In this document: positions 60,871-61,829 of the stretch, piece by piece
Position numbering within the stretch: position 1 is the stretch's first letter
Layout: each line of letters opens with the position of its first letter
NCBI RefSeq assembly: GCF_001194135.2
Contig: NC_069001.1
Location: 32,155,488-32,217,316, forward strand
DNA from: Octopus bimaculoides
Taxonomy: Eukaryota
Length of the DNA stretch: 61,829 nt
Direction: 5' to 3'
Translations under genes and position numbers: made by a program
Notes under the pieces: model-generated
Seen by the model: the letters and a program-made list of their open reading frames with translations, nothing else
Told to the model about the DNA's origin: nothing
The model's database searches: none

Positions 60871-61132
60871 TATATGTATACACATCCACACATATATATA
60901 TATACACACACAAATATCATGTGACAGTTGTGAATTACTATCACTGTCATACAAGCAGTATCACCCATTTCCAGTACTCTGCAAAAACATGTCTGACCAT
61001 AGGGAAATATTACCTTGCTTGGAAACAAGCAAGGGTTGGTGACAGTAAGAGTATCCAGCCACAACAAAAGTCTGCCTCAGTAGATACACTTCAGTCCATT
61101 AAGGCATGGAAAAGATGTTATGATGATGATGA
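60585..61132 (+). mobile_element. SINE A head, (TA/CA)n, then a family E element with a (GAT)n tail
   Basis: gtggctgtgtggttaagaagc ... actgaaagaagccc; ctgcaaaaacatgtctgaccatagggaaatattacc ... gcatggaaaagatgttatgatgatg. Confidence 0.78.
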
Positions 61133-61704
61133 CATTCATCATTGTTTCCTGTTTTGTGGGGCGGTTTTTTGAAAGTTTTTTTTACTCATTCTGACAAGCA
61201 CTAGAAAGTTCTATAGCACAATGTATCGCACCACACTTTCCGTTACTGCAGCATCTTTTTCTGTGAAGTACAGCAACATAAGATCCATTCACATCACTTC
61301 CTCCCATTGCCTCTTCTTTTTTTTTTTCAAAGGTCAACATAAGGGACTTTATTATTTTTTTTTCTTTACCCAGCATGCAACATTCATTTGTATCACACAT
61401 CCTCATATCAGCACAACAGCATCTCCGGCAACAACACACTTCAATTCAACTGATGTCTTTTCAATGCTCAGACACTTATGTAGGTCGCTTGCACTCTACA
61501 AATTGAAAAATCTTGTACGATTTCATAGAACTGTTCCAAAAATATTCCAAAGATTTTCATTTTGCTTTGTTCGTTACTAGTTTAATCTGGCATTTACAAA
61601 TTGACAGTTCTGCTTCTGTATCTATGCAAACACAGACACACAAACACTCATATTTAGAAATTGACAATTCTGCCTCTATGCACGCACACACACAAACAAT
61701 CACA

Positions 61705-61740
61705 TTATATAAATATATATATATAAATATATATAAATAT

Positions 61741-61773
<33 letters not shown>

Positions 61774-61829
61774 AATATATATATAAATATATATATATAT
61801 ATAAATATATATATAAATATATATATATA
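61705..61829. repeat. (TA)n with periodic TAAA interruptions
   Basis: Directly visible at the window end. Confidence 0.93.

Noticed and set aside
555-61067. Dozens of long ORFs rich in YI, CV, HT, RE, LS, poly-Y/I/L/T/V or X
   Set aside because: They are translations of (TA)n, (GT)n, (GA)n, (AAT)n, (GGT)n or N-gaps and show no protein homology.

Overview
This is AT-rich, repeat-dense animal genomic DNA from a draft scaffold with 14 N-gaps (about 4.2 kb in total). The SINE/LINE/MITE repertoire and microsatellite density suggest a coleoid cephalopod, probably Octopus (inference). The only host coding sequence I can support is two internal exons of a DHHC palmitoyltransferase of the ZDHHC9/14/18 (Drosophila approximated) subfamily on the minus strand: 31381-31221 (161 nt) and 20578-20420 (159 nt), joined by a 10.6-kb intron. 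The first coding exon and the exon carrying DHHC itself are not visible, so they lie outside the window or in gaps. Everything else appears to be intron, filled with: three tRNA-derived SINE families and one RTE-tailed element; many RTE-clade LINE 3' fragments with (GAT)n tails; an R4/Dong-like LINE end in a (TAA)n tract; a CR1-like remnant; a mariner D,D34D transposase remnant; piggyBac-, hAT- and Tc1/mariner-type MITEs (several nested, with intact TSDs); and simple repeats. Nearly all long ORFs in the supplied track are microsatellite or N artefacts. The most notable observations are: a Penelope-type minimal hammerhead ribozyme motif in the sense strand of the pre-mRNA (48080-48116, with two related copies); a repeated 6-bp-stem/8-nt-loop hairpin module in the RTE 3'UTR; a possibly polymorphic Dong insertion; a strong orientation bias of one SINE family; inverted RTE tails bracketing an exon; and a CpG-retaining block with a strong donor site that may be an internal promoter. 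I found no convincing wholly new multi-gene system. SINE and MITE family labels (A, B, D, E; MITE1, MITE2) are my own working names, and most repeat boundaries are approximate.
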